Positions 47,147 to 56,259 of a DNA stretch of 64,000 nt are shown here, piece by piece. The notes under the pieces were generated by a model, which worked only from the letters and a program-made list of their open reading frames with translations, did no database searches and had not been told where the DNA came from. Positions within the stretch are counted from its first letter, which is position 1, and each line of letters starts with the position of its first letter. The position numbers were made by a program, and so were the translations under genes. This stretch comes from Chitinophaga pinensis (GTDB lineage Bacteria > Bacteroidota > Bacteroidia > NS11-12g > UBA955). Location: positions 88,174-152,173 of the forward strand of contig CAMDUE010000003.1 of NCBI GenBank assembly GCA_945877575.1, read 5' to 3'.

Positions 47147-49620
47147 GTAAATTCATCGATACAAATAGCCCGTTTGACATCCAGTTTAATCAAATGTATA
47201 CGGGTGGCAAAGGATTTCACCTATTGCAACTTGCTCGAAACGGATTTCAAGTTCCTGAATTCATCATTTATAACGCGACTGAAACATCCATCAAAACACC
47301 CTTGAATCCAGATGAAATTCAACTCATCAAAGAATCTCTGGGCTTCCCTCATAGGGTATCGATAAGATCTTCGGCTCTTGGTGAGGATGGATTTTCACAC
47401 AGTTTTGCTGGACAATTTCTCACTGAGCTCAATGTTTCTTGGGAAACCCTTAACGATAGCATTGAACGCGTTTGGAACTCCTTGAACCGCACCGAAATCG
47501 AAACGTATTGCAAAGAACACGGAATCAATGTCCCAAATAAAATGTCCATCATCATCCAAACCATGCTCCAACCTGACTTTTCAGGCGTTGCATTTGGTGT
47601 AAATCCGGTGAATGGACACCGCAACGAAATGATCATTACGGCAGCCCCGGGACTTGGAGAAGCACTTGTGAGTGGGGCCGTAAATGGCGATACTTTTGTT
47701 GTGAAGGATGACTCAGTTGAATGTATTTCAGGCGAAGCCGCATCCCCAGAAACACTAAGCACTGAACAGGTAGTTGCCGTGGGCGAACAACTCAAACGGC
47801 TCAAAAAACTATACGGAAAACCCCAAGACATTGAATTTTCTTGGGTCAAAAATGAGTTGTTTTTACTTCAAACAAGACCAGTAACTTCCTTAGATAAATT
47901 GGCTGATACCGGGGCAGAGATGATTCTCTGGGACAATTCAAACATCATTGAATCTTACCCCGGCGTAACCACCCCTTTGACGTTTAGTTTCATCATCAAA
48001 ATGTATGAATCCGTCTATCTGCAACTTTGCAGATTGTTGGGAGTAAGCGAAAAAGACTTACGTGAAAATGCCGCCGTATTTTCCAATATGCTCGGCCTAA
48101 TTGAAGGAAGGGTTTACTACAATTTATTGTCGTGGTATAAAGCGTTGGCGCTGCTTCCTGGATATCATTTGAACGCAGAGTTCATGGAAAAAATGATGGG
48201 GGTTAAAGAACGATTTGAGTTGAAAAATCGGCCTCAAAGAAGTAAGCTAATTGAGCGCTTAAGAGTTTTGGTCATGGTAAAATCCATGATATCCAATCTC
48301 AGGGCATTGCCTAAAATGCGAATCAACTTTCAAAGTGATTTCCAAAAAGAATTAGACCGGTTCAATGCCATAGCTTTGGATAAAAAGAACGTTGTTGAAC
48401 TGATGGAACTCATGATTGATTTCCAAAGCACGCTTCTTAAAAAATGGAAAGCACCCTTGGTGAACGATTTTTACGCCATGATTTACTTCGGCTTACTTCA
48501 AAAAACTGCCGAAAAATATGGTTTACCTCCAGGAATACACAACGATCTTTTATGCGGGGCTAGCGATATTATTTCTACCGAACCCATAAAGCGCATGAAG
48601 GAAATCAGTTCAGCCATTGTACAATTTCACACCCTTGAAAATGCATTTCTCATTGAGTCGCCAGAACAAATTCTGAGGTTGATCAATGAACCTAATTATG
48701 AACCGGTGCAAAAACTCTTCGATACCTATTTGAATCAATTTGGCGACCGAACTGTGGGAGAGTTAAAATTAGAAACCATCACCTATAAACAAGAACCTAC
48801 CGCTTTGATTCAATTGATCCAATCGTACATAAGACAAGGCTTTGGGCATTCTGAAAATGTGAATGAACGAGTGGATCTCAAAATGCGTAAAAACGCAGAA
48901 GAAAAAGTAGGTCACATTTTGAAAGGTAAGCCTTTCAAAAAATGGTTCTTCCACTATTTACTGAAGCGCACTCGCATATTGGTCAGTGCCAGAGAAAACC
49001 TCCGATTTGAACGAACCCGAGGATTTGGAAAAGTACGCGAAATATTTTTGGCTATAGGCAATCAATTCTTCAGTGAAGGCATTTTGGAGCATCCCAGAGA
49101 TATTTTTTACCTTACCCAAGAGGAAATCTTCGACTTCATCAAAGGCACATCGGTAACCCCAGAAATTTCAGAATTGGTATCCTTCCGAAAGGAAAAATTT
49201 GCAAAATACGAAACCACTACCACATCTGAACGCATCAGAACTTACGGAGCAGTTTACCACGGGAACTCATTCTCACAAGAAAAATCAACATCCCTTGACG
49301 GAGAAGATCTGAAAGGCATTGGTTGTTGCCCAGGAATCGTAAAAGCAAAGGTGCGTATAGTTTTAGACCCCAAAGAGGTGAGCGATTTAAACGGTGACAT
49401 ATTGGTAACCGCCTCAACTGACCCCGGCTGGGTAACACTATTCCCCACGGCTTCAGCCATCATTGTAGAACGAGGTTCACTGCTCTCGCACAGTGCCATC
49501 GTATCTCGCGAATTAGGCAAACCCTGCATTGTAGGTGTGACCCATCTGTTATCAAAAATCAAAACCGGCGACTGGGTAGAGATGGATGGTTCAACAGGAC
49601 AAATCAAAATAATCAAATAA
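47143..49620 (+). CDS. PEP-utilising dikinase-like enzyme (rifampin phosphotransferase/PigC architecture)
   Basis: ATP-grasp 'GGKG', 'RSSALGEDG...SFAGQF', 'GLGEALVSG', 'PQDIEF' and 'LQTRPVT'; central substrate domain; swivel His 'LSHSAIVSRELG'. Starts at an ATGA overlap. Confidence 0.9.
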   Translation: MSKFIDTNSPFDIQFNQMYTGGKGFHLLQLARNGFQVPEFIIYNATETSIKTPLNPDEIQLIKESLGFPHRVSIRSSALGEDGFSHSFAGQFLTELNVSWETLNDSIERVWNSLNRTEIETYCKEHGINVPNKMSIIIQTMLQPDFSGVAFGVNPVNGHRNEMIITAAPGLGEALVSGAVNGDTFVVKDDSVECISGEAASPETLSTEQVVAVGEQLKRLKKLYGKPQDIEFSWVKNELFLLQTRPVTSLDKLADTGAEMILWDNSNIIESYPGVTTPLTFSFIIKMYESVYLQLCRLLGVSEKDLRENAAVFSNMLGLIEGRVYYNLLSWYKALALLPGYHLNAEFMEKMMGVKERFELKNRPQRSKLIERLRVLVMVKSMISNLRALPKMRINFQSDFQKELDRFNAIALDKKNVVELMELMIDFQSTLLKKWKAPLVNDFYAMIYFGLLQKTAEKYGLPPGIHNDLLCGASDIISTEPIKRMKEISSAIVQFHTLENAFLIESPEQILRLINEPNYEPVQKLFDTYLNQFGDRTVGELKLETITYKQEPTALIQLIQSYIRQGFGHSENVNERVDLKMRKNAEEKVGHILKGKPFKKWFFHYLLKRTRILVSARENLRFERTRGFGKVREIFLAIGNQFFSEGILEHPRDIFYLTQEEIFDFIKGTSVTPEISELVSFRKEKFAKYETTTTSERIRTYGAVYHGNSFSQEKSTSLDGEDLKGIGCCPGIVKAKVRIVLDPKEVSDLNGDILVTASTDPGWVTLFPTASAIIVERGSLLSHSAIVSRELGKPCIVGVTHLLSKIKTGDWVEMDGSTGQIKIIK

Positions 49621-49625
49621 ATTGA

Positions 49626-51539
49626 ATGGCGGAGCAATCTGAACTCAATATATCTCAAAAAGCCTCGTTTGATTTCATCCGATATGCCACGGTTTGGGAA
49701 GACCCCGTGGTACTTCTTCAGGCGCTCAACATCGAAAAAAACGACCAGGTTTTGAGCATCGCTTCTGCCGGAGATAATTGCTTCAGCTTATTGATGGCAG
49801 ACCCAAAATTGATTGTTGCAGCCGACATCAATCCCGTTCAATTGCATCTCACGGAGCTAAAAATCAAAGCCATTCAGGAGCTTTCTTACCAGGAAGTTCT
49901 TGCTTTTTTGGGATATTCATCTGAGTCAAATCGAGCGGAATTATTCAATAAAATCGAGCCCCACCTTTCCAAAGAAGCTGCTCATTATTTTAGAAATTCC
50001 CTTCCCACTTGGGAAAAAACAGGCATCATACATCAAGGAAAATTCGAAAAATACTTCCAAATTTTCTCCAGAAAAGTACTGCCCCTGATTCACAGTTACA
50101 AAACCATTGAACAGTTGCTTACACCCAAATCGGAACATGAGCAACGCCAATTTTTCCTCCGACATTGGAACACCTGGCGTTGGCGATGGTTGTTCAAATT
50201 ATTCTTCAGTCGTACCGTCATGGGTTGGTTGGGCCGCGATCCAGAATTCCTAAAACAGGTAGAAATTCCAGTTTCAGAATTCATCTTAAGGCAAGCAGAA
50301 ATACACCTCAGCTCCAGTCGGGCCGCACAAAATCCGTTTTTAAGATACAACCTAACAGGCAGTTTTGGAACCCTTTTACCGCACTACCTTCAACCCGAAA
50401 ACTTCGAATTCATCAAAGACAGAATTCACCGAATTTCACTCTTTCACGGCTTCGCCGAGGATGCAATAGCTCAATACGGACATTTTCACGCCATGAACCT
50501 GAGCAACATCTTCGAGTACATGAATGTTCAAGAATTTGAGCAAACAGCTCAAAAATTAGTAAGTGGCCTATTCCCTGGCGGACGATTAGCCTATTGGAAT
50601 CTCATGGTAAAACGAAGGTGCTCAGAGGTAGTTGCTGACTGCACAGAACAGACCAATCTCATGTCCGAGCTTCGGCTCAAAGACGATGGCTACTTTTACA
50701 GCACCATTGTAACGGATGTTTGTCTTAAATCTTTTGACTTTGGAATTTATAGGCTCAATTCAGAAACACTTGCAGTAGGTTACCCATCGAAAGAGGGAAG
50801 CAATTTAAATTTAACCGAGCAACTCAAAGCCCTTACACTATGGGCCAAAAATGAGGGATTCAAACACCTAATAGGCCCAATGAATGGCAGCACTTGGGAA
50901 AATTATCGTTTAAAAACCTCTTCCCATCGCATTTTTTTGGGGGATCTCTCGTATCAGCCACAAGTTGTAGAAAGCTTTGAAAGTGCAGGATTTAAAACCA
51001 TTGAGAGATATGTGAGTGCCCTGATGCATGAAATTCCAGGTAGTATTTCCAGATTGGATGAGCGAAAGAGCCAACTAGAGAAACAAGGAATCAAATTCCG
51101 ACACTTAAACATGGAGTCTTGGGAACAAGAACTTCAAAAAATCCACGAGCTCAGCCTCGTGGCCTTCCAAAATAACCCTTTCTACACCCCCATTCTTTGG
51201 AAAGACTTCTTGTTGAAGTACAACGAAATCAAACAATTCATTGACCCGCAATGGGTCCTTTTAGCAGAATTGGAACAAAATTTGCAGGGGTTTGTCTTTG
51301 CTTACTTAGACCTTGAATATAAATGCATCATCATGAAAACTGTTGCTCGAAAACCTGACTTTAGACTTGGTGGATTGGGATTGGTGATGACCGATATTTT
51401 ACAACAAAAAGCCAAAAAAGAAGGCATTTTTCAAGTCGTTCACTCATTCATGCATCAAGACGCTGCATCTCTTAGATGCTCTGAATCTTTAGAAGCTGAA
51501 ATTATTTCTGAATACCATCTGTACGGAATAGAACTTTAA
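49626..51539 (+). CDS. DUF3419/BtaA (SAM 3-amino-3-carboxypropyl transferase-like) fused to GNAT-like domain
   Basis: 'IRYATVWEDP', 'VLSIASAGDN', 'DINPVQ', 'GKFE' and 'LSNIFEYM'; C-terminal 'IGPMNGSTWENYRL', 'AFQNNPFYTP' and 'IMKTVAR...GLG'. Confidence 0.82.
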   Translation: MAEQSELNISQKASFDFIRYATVWEDPVVLLQALNIEKNDQVLSIASAGDNCFSLLMADPKLIVAADINPVQLHLTELKIKAIQELSYQEVLAFLGYSSESNRAELFNKIEPHLSKEAAHYFRNSLPTWEKTGIIHQGKFEKYFQIFSRKVLPLIHSYKTIEQLLTPKSEHEQRQFFLRHWNTWRWRWLFKLFFSRTVMGWLGRDPEFLKQVEIPVSEFILRQAEIHLSSSRAAQNPFLRYNLTGSFGTLLPHYLQPENFEFIKDRIHRISLFHGFAEDAIAQYGHFHAMNLSNIFEYMNVQEFEQTAQKLVSGLFPGGRLAYWNLMVKRRCSEVVADCTEQTNLMSELRLKDDGYFYSTIVTDVCLKSFDFGIYRLNSETLAVGYPSKEGSNLNLTEQLKALTLWAKNEGFKHLIGPMNGSTWENYRLKTSSHRIFLGDLSYQPQVVESFESAGFKTIERYVSALMHEIPGSISRLDERKSQLEKQGIKFRHLNMESWEQELQKIHELSLVAFQNNPFYTPILWKDFLLKYNEIKQFIDPQWVLLAELEQNLQGFVFAYLDLEYKCIIMKTVARKPDFRLGGLGLVMTDILQQKAKKEGIFQVVHSFMHQDAASLRCSESLEAEIISEYHLYGIEL

Positions 51540-51540
51540 A

Positions 51541-53118
51541 ATGTCTAACATCATTCATATCGCAAAAACCCTGAAAAATGGAAACATCATGGAGCATTTC
51601 CATGCTGCCGCGATCATGAATTCAAATCGCCTTGCCATTGCCGATCAGCATTCGCAAGTGACTTTTGATGAATTAAGACATAAAATTGAAAACGCTCATT
51701 CATTATTTATGGAGCGTGGCCTTAAATCCGGCGACCGTGTTTTGGTCTTTGTGCCCATGAGTATTGATTTATACATCAGCGTTTTAGCTTTATTCAAAAT
51801 GGGCTGTACCGCCGTTTTCATTGATGAGTGGGCCAAAATAGACCGTTTAAAAAAGTCATGCCAAATAGCAGATTGTAAAGGATTTATAGGCATTCCCGCT
51901 GCATCTTCTTTGGGATTCTTAATCCAGGAAATTAGAAAAATCCCCGTCCGCATGACCACACGAGAAATTCGACATGCAAAGAAAAGTCATTACCATGATT
52001 TGGCAACTATTGATGGTTCAAACGACACCGCGCTCATCACTTTCACTACGGGCAGCACAGGCACACCCAAAGCGGTAAAACGCAGCCATGAAATTCTCCA
52101 TCAACAGTTTTTGTCCCTCCAAAACACCATACAAACCCGCGATGACACTGTAGATATGCCGGTGTTACCCATTGTTTTATTGATTAATTTAGGGTTAGGG
52201 GTCAGCAGCGTAATCGTAAAATGGAGCAGCAAAAAGCCTTACGCACTGAAGGCAAAAAAGATCATCAAAACCATACAAAAATTTCGGGTCAATCGCATCA
52301 TTGCTTCCCCTTATTTCATTGATCAACTTTGCATTAAGAGCCTTACCGAAAACAATTCTCCAAAATTAAGTTCGGTGCGCGAAGTCTTCAGCGGAGGAGC
52401 GCCTGTTTTCCCATCTGAAGCCAAATTATGGCTCACTGCATTTCCAGACTCTAAAGTTGAAATTGTATACGGAAGCACCGAGGCCGAACCTATTTCAAGC
52501 ATCAATGCACGGAAACTCATGCAAACCACCGACTCCACTTTTGAGGATGGGCTTTTTGTGGGAAGAGTAGAATCTTGTACACAAGTTAAAATTCTAAATC
52601 TAAAAACTCAGGAAACTCTCAAACCCATAGAAATCGGGGAGATTGCGGTTGCAGGAAATCATGTTGTAAAAGAGTATTTTGGTCCTGATTCTGCTGCTCA
52701 AATGGCTGAATCAAAGCTTCTCATTGATGGACATTTATTCCACAAAACGGGAGATTCCGGCTACATTGACCACCAAGGAAACCTTCATTTATTGGGCCGC
52801 TGCCAACAAATCATTGAGTGGCAGGGACAACCGTTGTACCCATTTCTGATGGAATATCAACTGCGCCACATTCCTGGCGTAATTATGGGTACCGTCTTAA
52901 AAATCAACGATAAACTCGTTTACTTCTTAGAGTTAAAACGCTGTAAATCCTTCCAGCATCTAGCATACCCAAAACTGGGTTGCTTCTCGCCCATTACCGA
53001 GGATTTGCGTTCCTTGGGACTGCCTGACGGCGACATTCGACTGGTCAAGATACCAAGAGATCCCAGACATTTCAGCAAGATTGATTATAGAGTTTTGCAA
53101 AAAATGCAAAAAATGTAA
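51541..53118 (+). CDS. AMP-binding (ANL) enzyme, OleC-like
   Basis: 'ITFTTGSTGTPK', 'SGGAPV', 'YGSTEAEP', 'HKTGD' and 'PRHFSKIDY'. Confidence 0.9.
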   Translation: MSNIIHIAKTLKNGNIMEHFHAAAIMNSNRLAIADQHSQVTFDELRHKIENAHSLFMERGLKSGDRVLVFVPMSIDLYISVLALFKMGCTAVFIDEWAKIDRLKKSCQIADCKGFIGIPAASSLGFLIQEIRKIPVRMTTREIRHAKKSHYHDLATIDGSNDTALITFTTGSTGTPKAVKRSHEILHQQFLSLQNTIQTRDDTVDMPVLPIVLLINLGLGVSSVIVKWSSKKPYALKAKKIIKTIQKFRVNRIIASPYFIDQLCIKSLTENNSPKLSSVREVFSGGAPVFPSEAKLWLTAFPDSKVEIVYGSTEAEPISSINARKLMQTTDSTFEDGLFVGRVESCTQVKILNLKTQETLKPIEIGEIAVAGNHVVKEYFGPDSAAQMAESKLLIDGHLFHKTGDSGYIDHQGNLHLLGRCQQIIEWQGQPLYPFLMEYQLRHIPGVIMGTVLKINDKLVYFLELKRCKSFQHLAYPKLGCFSPITEDLRSLGLPDGDIRLVKIPRDPRHFSKIDYRVLQKMQKM

Positions 53119-53164
53119 GGAATGTGTATTTTTTTTAATCATACACATTGTTTATTTTTGATGT

Positions 53165-53566
53165 ATGAATAAAATCAGGGTAAACATTACCATTAACAAA
53201 GAAATACACGAGAAGGCCAAATTTTTTTCATTAAAGGAAGGAAAAAGCCTGAGTGAAAATATCGAAGATTTACTCACTCAATATTATTGGCAAAAAGCAG
53301 AGGGTATTGTATCTGAGCCTACTTCTCATTACAATTCCACATTGGAGCTGAATGGAATGTCTCCATTGCAAAATTCAATGTCCGATATTTTCAATCAATT
53401 ACACCCAGAACAGCAGATTGAACTGTTCCATTATGGGGAATACTTATTATCTAAGAATCCTTCTCCCACAAAAAAAATAAGTCTGCACGGAATTTTCAGA
53501 GACCAAATCATGATATCTGAAGATTTCGATGAACCTCTCGACATTTTCAAAGATTACATGCCATGA
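53165..53566 (+). CDS. putative antitoxin (N-terminal RHH-like plus DUF2281-like C-terminus)
   Basis: 'RVNITI...AK....GKSLSE' and C-terminal 'I.ISEDFDEPLDIFKDYM'; overlaps the PIN toxin start. Confidence 0.78.
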   Translation: MNKIRVNITINKEIHEKAKFFSLKEGKSLSENIEDLLTQYYWQKAEGIVSEPTSHYNSTLELNGMSPLQNSMSDIFNQLHPEQQIELFHYGEYLLSKNPSPTKKISLHGIFRDQIMISEDFDEPLDIFKDYMP

Positions 53567-53949
53567 ATCACTTGATTGATACTCATACATTATTGTGGTA
53601 TTTGAATGCAGACAAAAAACTGTCAAAAAATGCTTTACATACCATCGAAGACCCCAATAACCGAATTTTCATCAGTCAAGCAACCCTCATTGAAATGGCC
53701 ATTAAAGTAAGCATGGGGAAATTAAAATTACCTTGCGAATGGGATGAATTATTTTTTCAGTTCAATAAAATAGGCTGGTCTATTTTGCCCTTTCGAAACG
53801 TCGATTTTGCAAGGTTGAGTAAACTACCCTTCCACCACGGTGACCCATTCGATAGATTGATGGCATGTCAGTGTTTAAATCAGAAACTTGACATTATTAG
53901 CAAGGACCCAATCTTTGAAAAACACAAAATAAAACGGATTTGGAATTAG
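53563..53949 (+). CDS. vapC: PIN-domain toxin
   Basis: 'LIDTHTLLW', 'EMAIK', 'HHGDPFDR' and 'ISKD'. Confidence 0.92.
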   Translation: MNHLIDTHTLLWYLNADKKLSKNALHTIEDPNNRIFISQATLIEMAIKVSMGKLKLPCEWDELFFQFNKIGWSILPFRNVDFARLSKLPFHHGDPFDRLMACQCLNQKLDIISKDPIFEKHKIKRIWN

Positions 53950-54557
53950 GCTGAAAACGCCTGAGGAATTTTTCTCAAATTCTTGAAAACAAGAGTGAAA
54001 AATCCTAATAAGGAATATTGCGAAATCACTTTGTAATCTTCTGAAGACTTTTTAAAGATTGATTTGAGTGATTTATTGCTCGCTCCATCTACACGCATAT
54101 GTGTGGTGTAAATATTTAAATACTTGATTTGAAATTTATTTGAAGAAAAGAGTCTTAAAATAAAATCGTAATCGGCTGCTATCCTAAAATTGGTGTTGAA
54201 TCCACCTAGAGTATTGTAAAAGTCTCTCTTTAAAAATAGGGTTGGATGAGGTGGCATCCATCCGTATTTCAAATTTTCAGACTTAAAAGGCTTTGACTTC
54301 CAATCTCTCACTACTTTATTTGAATCGCTCTGAGACACATATTTCAAGTTTGCATACACGCCATCAACTTGTTCTGAATGCAGTGATTTATAAAGATTCT
54401 CGAGCACATTAACATCTGGAAAGAAATCATCGGAATGAATAAATCCAACCACATCACCGGTTGCCATTGAGATTCCTTTATTCAAAGCATAATACAGGCC
54501 GTCATCTTTTTCAGATATAACCTTAATTCTTGGATCATTGAATTGCTGAATTTTCAA
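53946..54557 (-). pseudogene. N-terminally truncated GT2 (WcaE-like) glycosyltransferase
   Basis: Has 'SEKDDGLYYALNKG', 'HSDD', 'MPPHPT' and 'AADYD' but lacks the first strand and the 'DGGSTD' segment. Confidence 0.75.
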
Positions 54558-54650
54558 AAGAGTTTAGTACCTAATGGGGTGTGCGTATAACCTAGTTAGT
54601 CGTGTGTAATCTTTGCAATAGAAATAGTAAAGGATTGAAACAAGCCATAA

Positions 54651-54677
54651 AAAAAGCCCCCAATTACTTGGAGGCTT
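54651..54677 (-). terminator. intrinsic terminator after tRNA
   Basis: On the minus strand AAGCCTCCAA-gtaa-TTGGGGGCTT is followed by a T-run. Confidence 0.65.
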
Positions 54678-54681
54678 CTTG

Positions 54682-54755
54682 TGGGCCCACTTGGAATCGA
54701 ACCAAGCACCTACTGATTATGAGTCAGTTGCTCTAACCGAATGAGCTATAGGCCC
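54682..54755 (-). tRNA. tRNA-Ile2 (anticodon CAT, lysidine type), copy 1
   Basis: GGGCCTATAGCTCATTCGGTTAGAGCAACTGACTCATAATCAGTAGGTGCTTGGTTCGATTCCAAGTGGGCCCA folds as a cloverleaf with CAT anticodon. Ile2 rather than Met is inferred from resemblance to ileX-type tRNAs. Confidence 0.9.
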
Positions 54756-54897
54756 GAAATAGGTTGCAAAGATACACATTTTGAGGATTTTTAAAGTCCA
54801 ATTGCAACCTATTTGTAATTAGGGCTGTTTATCTTACCTACTATGAACCCAACTATCCATAAAGGTTTATTCGGTCTTATTCAATAACTCCCCCATC

Positions 54898-55023
54898 CTA
54901 CTGTATGATTAAACGGGTTGAAAACACGTTTCCAGACGCCATAACTTGAATTTGATAAACCCCAGCACCCAACTTAAGATCTAGTGTTTCATTGCTTACG
55001 TCTTCAAAAGATTGCTCCAAAAC
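54898..55023 (-). pseudogene. orphan T9SS C-terminal sorting-domain remnant
   Basis: Manual translation: VLEQSFEDVSNETLDLKLGAGVYQIQVMASGNVFSTRLIIQ*, preceded by an in-frame stop. Confidence 0.65.
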
Positions 55024-55328
55024 CTATAGTCGTTATAATTACTTAATTAGACATCGGTCATTCCAATCTTATATATCTCAAAATCTATCAGCGCTTATGG
55101 TGCTAGATCATATAATAAAGTGTATTTTTTTAAAATAAGTCCGATTGATTTTGTCACAAAATTGTACCCTCATAATAAATTTAATCCCCGCGACTAAAAG
55201 AGTTCGTCTGTGTTCATCATTTTTTTCGTATAATTGTAACGAATTTATGTACCACCAAACAACAAACTGAAATAAAAATCTTAAACGTTAGAAATTTATA
55301 TAAGTCTTTTATTATTGCTTTTGTTGGC

Positions 55329-56213
55329 TTGTCGGTACAAACTCTTTTTGCCCAAGTGGGAATTGGAACCACAACCCCGTCGAATTCATCACAATTGGAA
55401 ATTTCATCAAGTGCTAGGGGTTTATTAATTCCACGTGTAGCGTTAACCAGTTTAACTTCTGCTTCACCAGTAACCTCTCCTGCTACTTCCTTAATGGTTT
55501 ACAATTCAGCAAGTGCAGGAACATATCCAAACAATGTAACCCCTGGGCACTACTATTGGAATGGAACCGCTTGGCAACGTCTGGAAAATCAAACAAGCAA
55601 TCCTGCCGAGTTTCATTGGAATCATGTCGAAGGAAATCCGACCCAAAATGGTTTGGGCGCCACATTGGTGGGCAACGCTTCATGGCAAACCAATTTTGTT
55701 AGATTAACACCTGCACAGAATAATCAAAATGGCAGTGTTTATTGGGTAAAAGATATCGATTGGAACGCACCACTACATATTTCAGCTCAAACGTCTGCCG
55801 GTGGTGGAAACGGTGGGGATGGTATTTGGTTGTTTTGGGGTGCTACCTCATCTGCCGTGGGTTCCACTGCAAGAGCCAATACCGTTGCCGGTGGAATATC
55901 CATTTACTATGAAGAAATTGGCGATAAAGTCCAAGTGTACAAAAATGGAACACTCGTACAAACATTCTCAGATATTTCTACCTTTGATAACGGAAAATGG
56001 CAAGTTCAAGATGTTTATTTTGGCGTAAATTCAGACGGCACTCGATATTTAGACATTCGCATAAATAATGGTATTTATTTGGGAACTGTGCAACTAGGCT
56101 CCTTTACTGCTGGAGGAGATTATTTTGGCTTTGGTTCTTTCACCGGTCTATCCGACCACAATCATGACGTACGCAGAATACTAATCCAATCGGGAGTTCA
56201 TAAACCACGATAA
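55329..56213 (+). CDS. secreted VGIGTTTP-domain protein with legume-lectin-like C-terminal domain
   Basis: 'AQVGIGTTTP', 'GLLIPRVAL', 'VRLT', 'GGDGIW' and 'YFGFGSFTG'. The signal peptide extends upstream in frame without a canonical start codon. Confidence 0.75.
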   Translation: MSVQTLFAQVGIGTTTPSNSSQLEISSSARGLLIPRVALTSLTSASPVTSPATSLMVYNSASAGTYPNNVTPGHYYWNGTAWQRLENQTSNPAEFHWNHVEGNPTQNGLGATLVGNASWQTNFVRLTPAQNNQNGSVYWVKDIDWNAPLHISAQTSAGGGNGGDGIWLFWGATSSAVGSTARANTVAGGISIYYEEIGDKVQVYKNGTLVQTFSDISTFDNGKWQVQDVYFGVNSDGTRYLDIRINNGIYLGTVQLGSFTAGGDYFGFGSFTGLSDHNHDVRRILIQSGVHKPR

Positions 56214-56259
56214 CCAAATAACAATATTTAAAAACTAGCGCTCTTCGCCATTAAGAATT

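Noticed and set aside
47349-47849. 166-aa antisense ORF and the many other short shadow ORFs in the track
   Set aside because: They lie antisense or out of frame within well-supported genes and have no recognisable motifs.
47143-49620. Calling this ppsA or a rifampin-resistance gene
   Set aside because: It has no C-terminal pyruvate-binding barrel and its context is biosynthetic; resistance cannot be supported from sequence.
51541-53118. Olefin (ole) biosynthesis cluster
   Set aside because: Only an OleC-like ligase is present; there is no OleA thiolase, OleB or OleD.
54682-54755. tRNA-Met (initiator or elongator) assignment
   Set aside because: Position 1:72 is paired and the GGG/CCC anticodon stem is absent, so it is not fMet. 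The sequence resembles Ile2, though elongator Met is not fully excluded.
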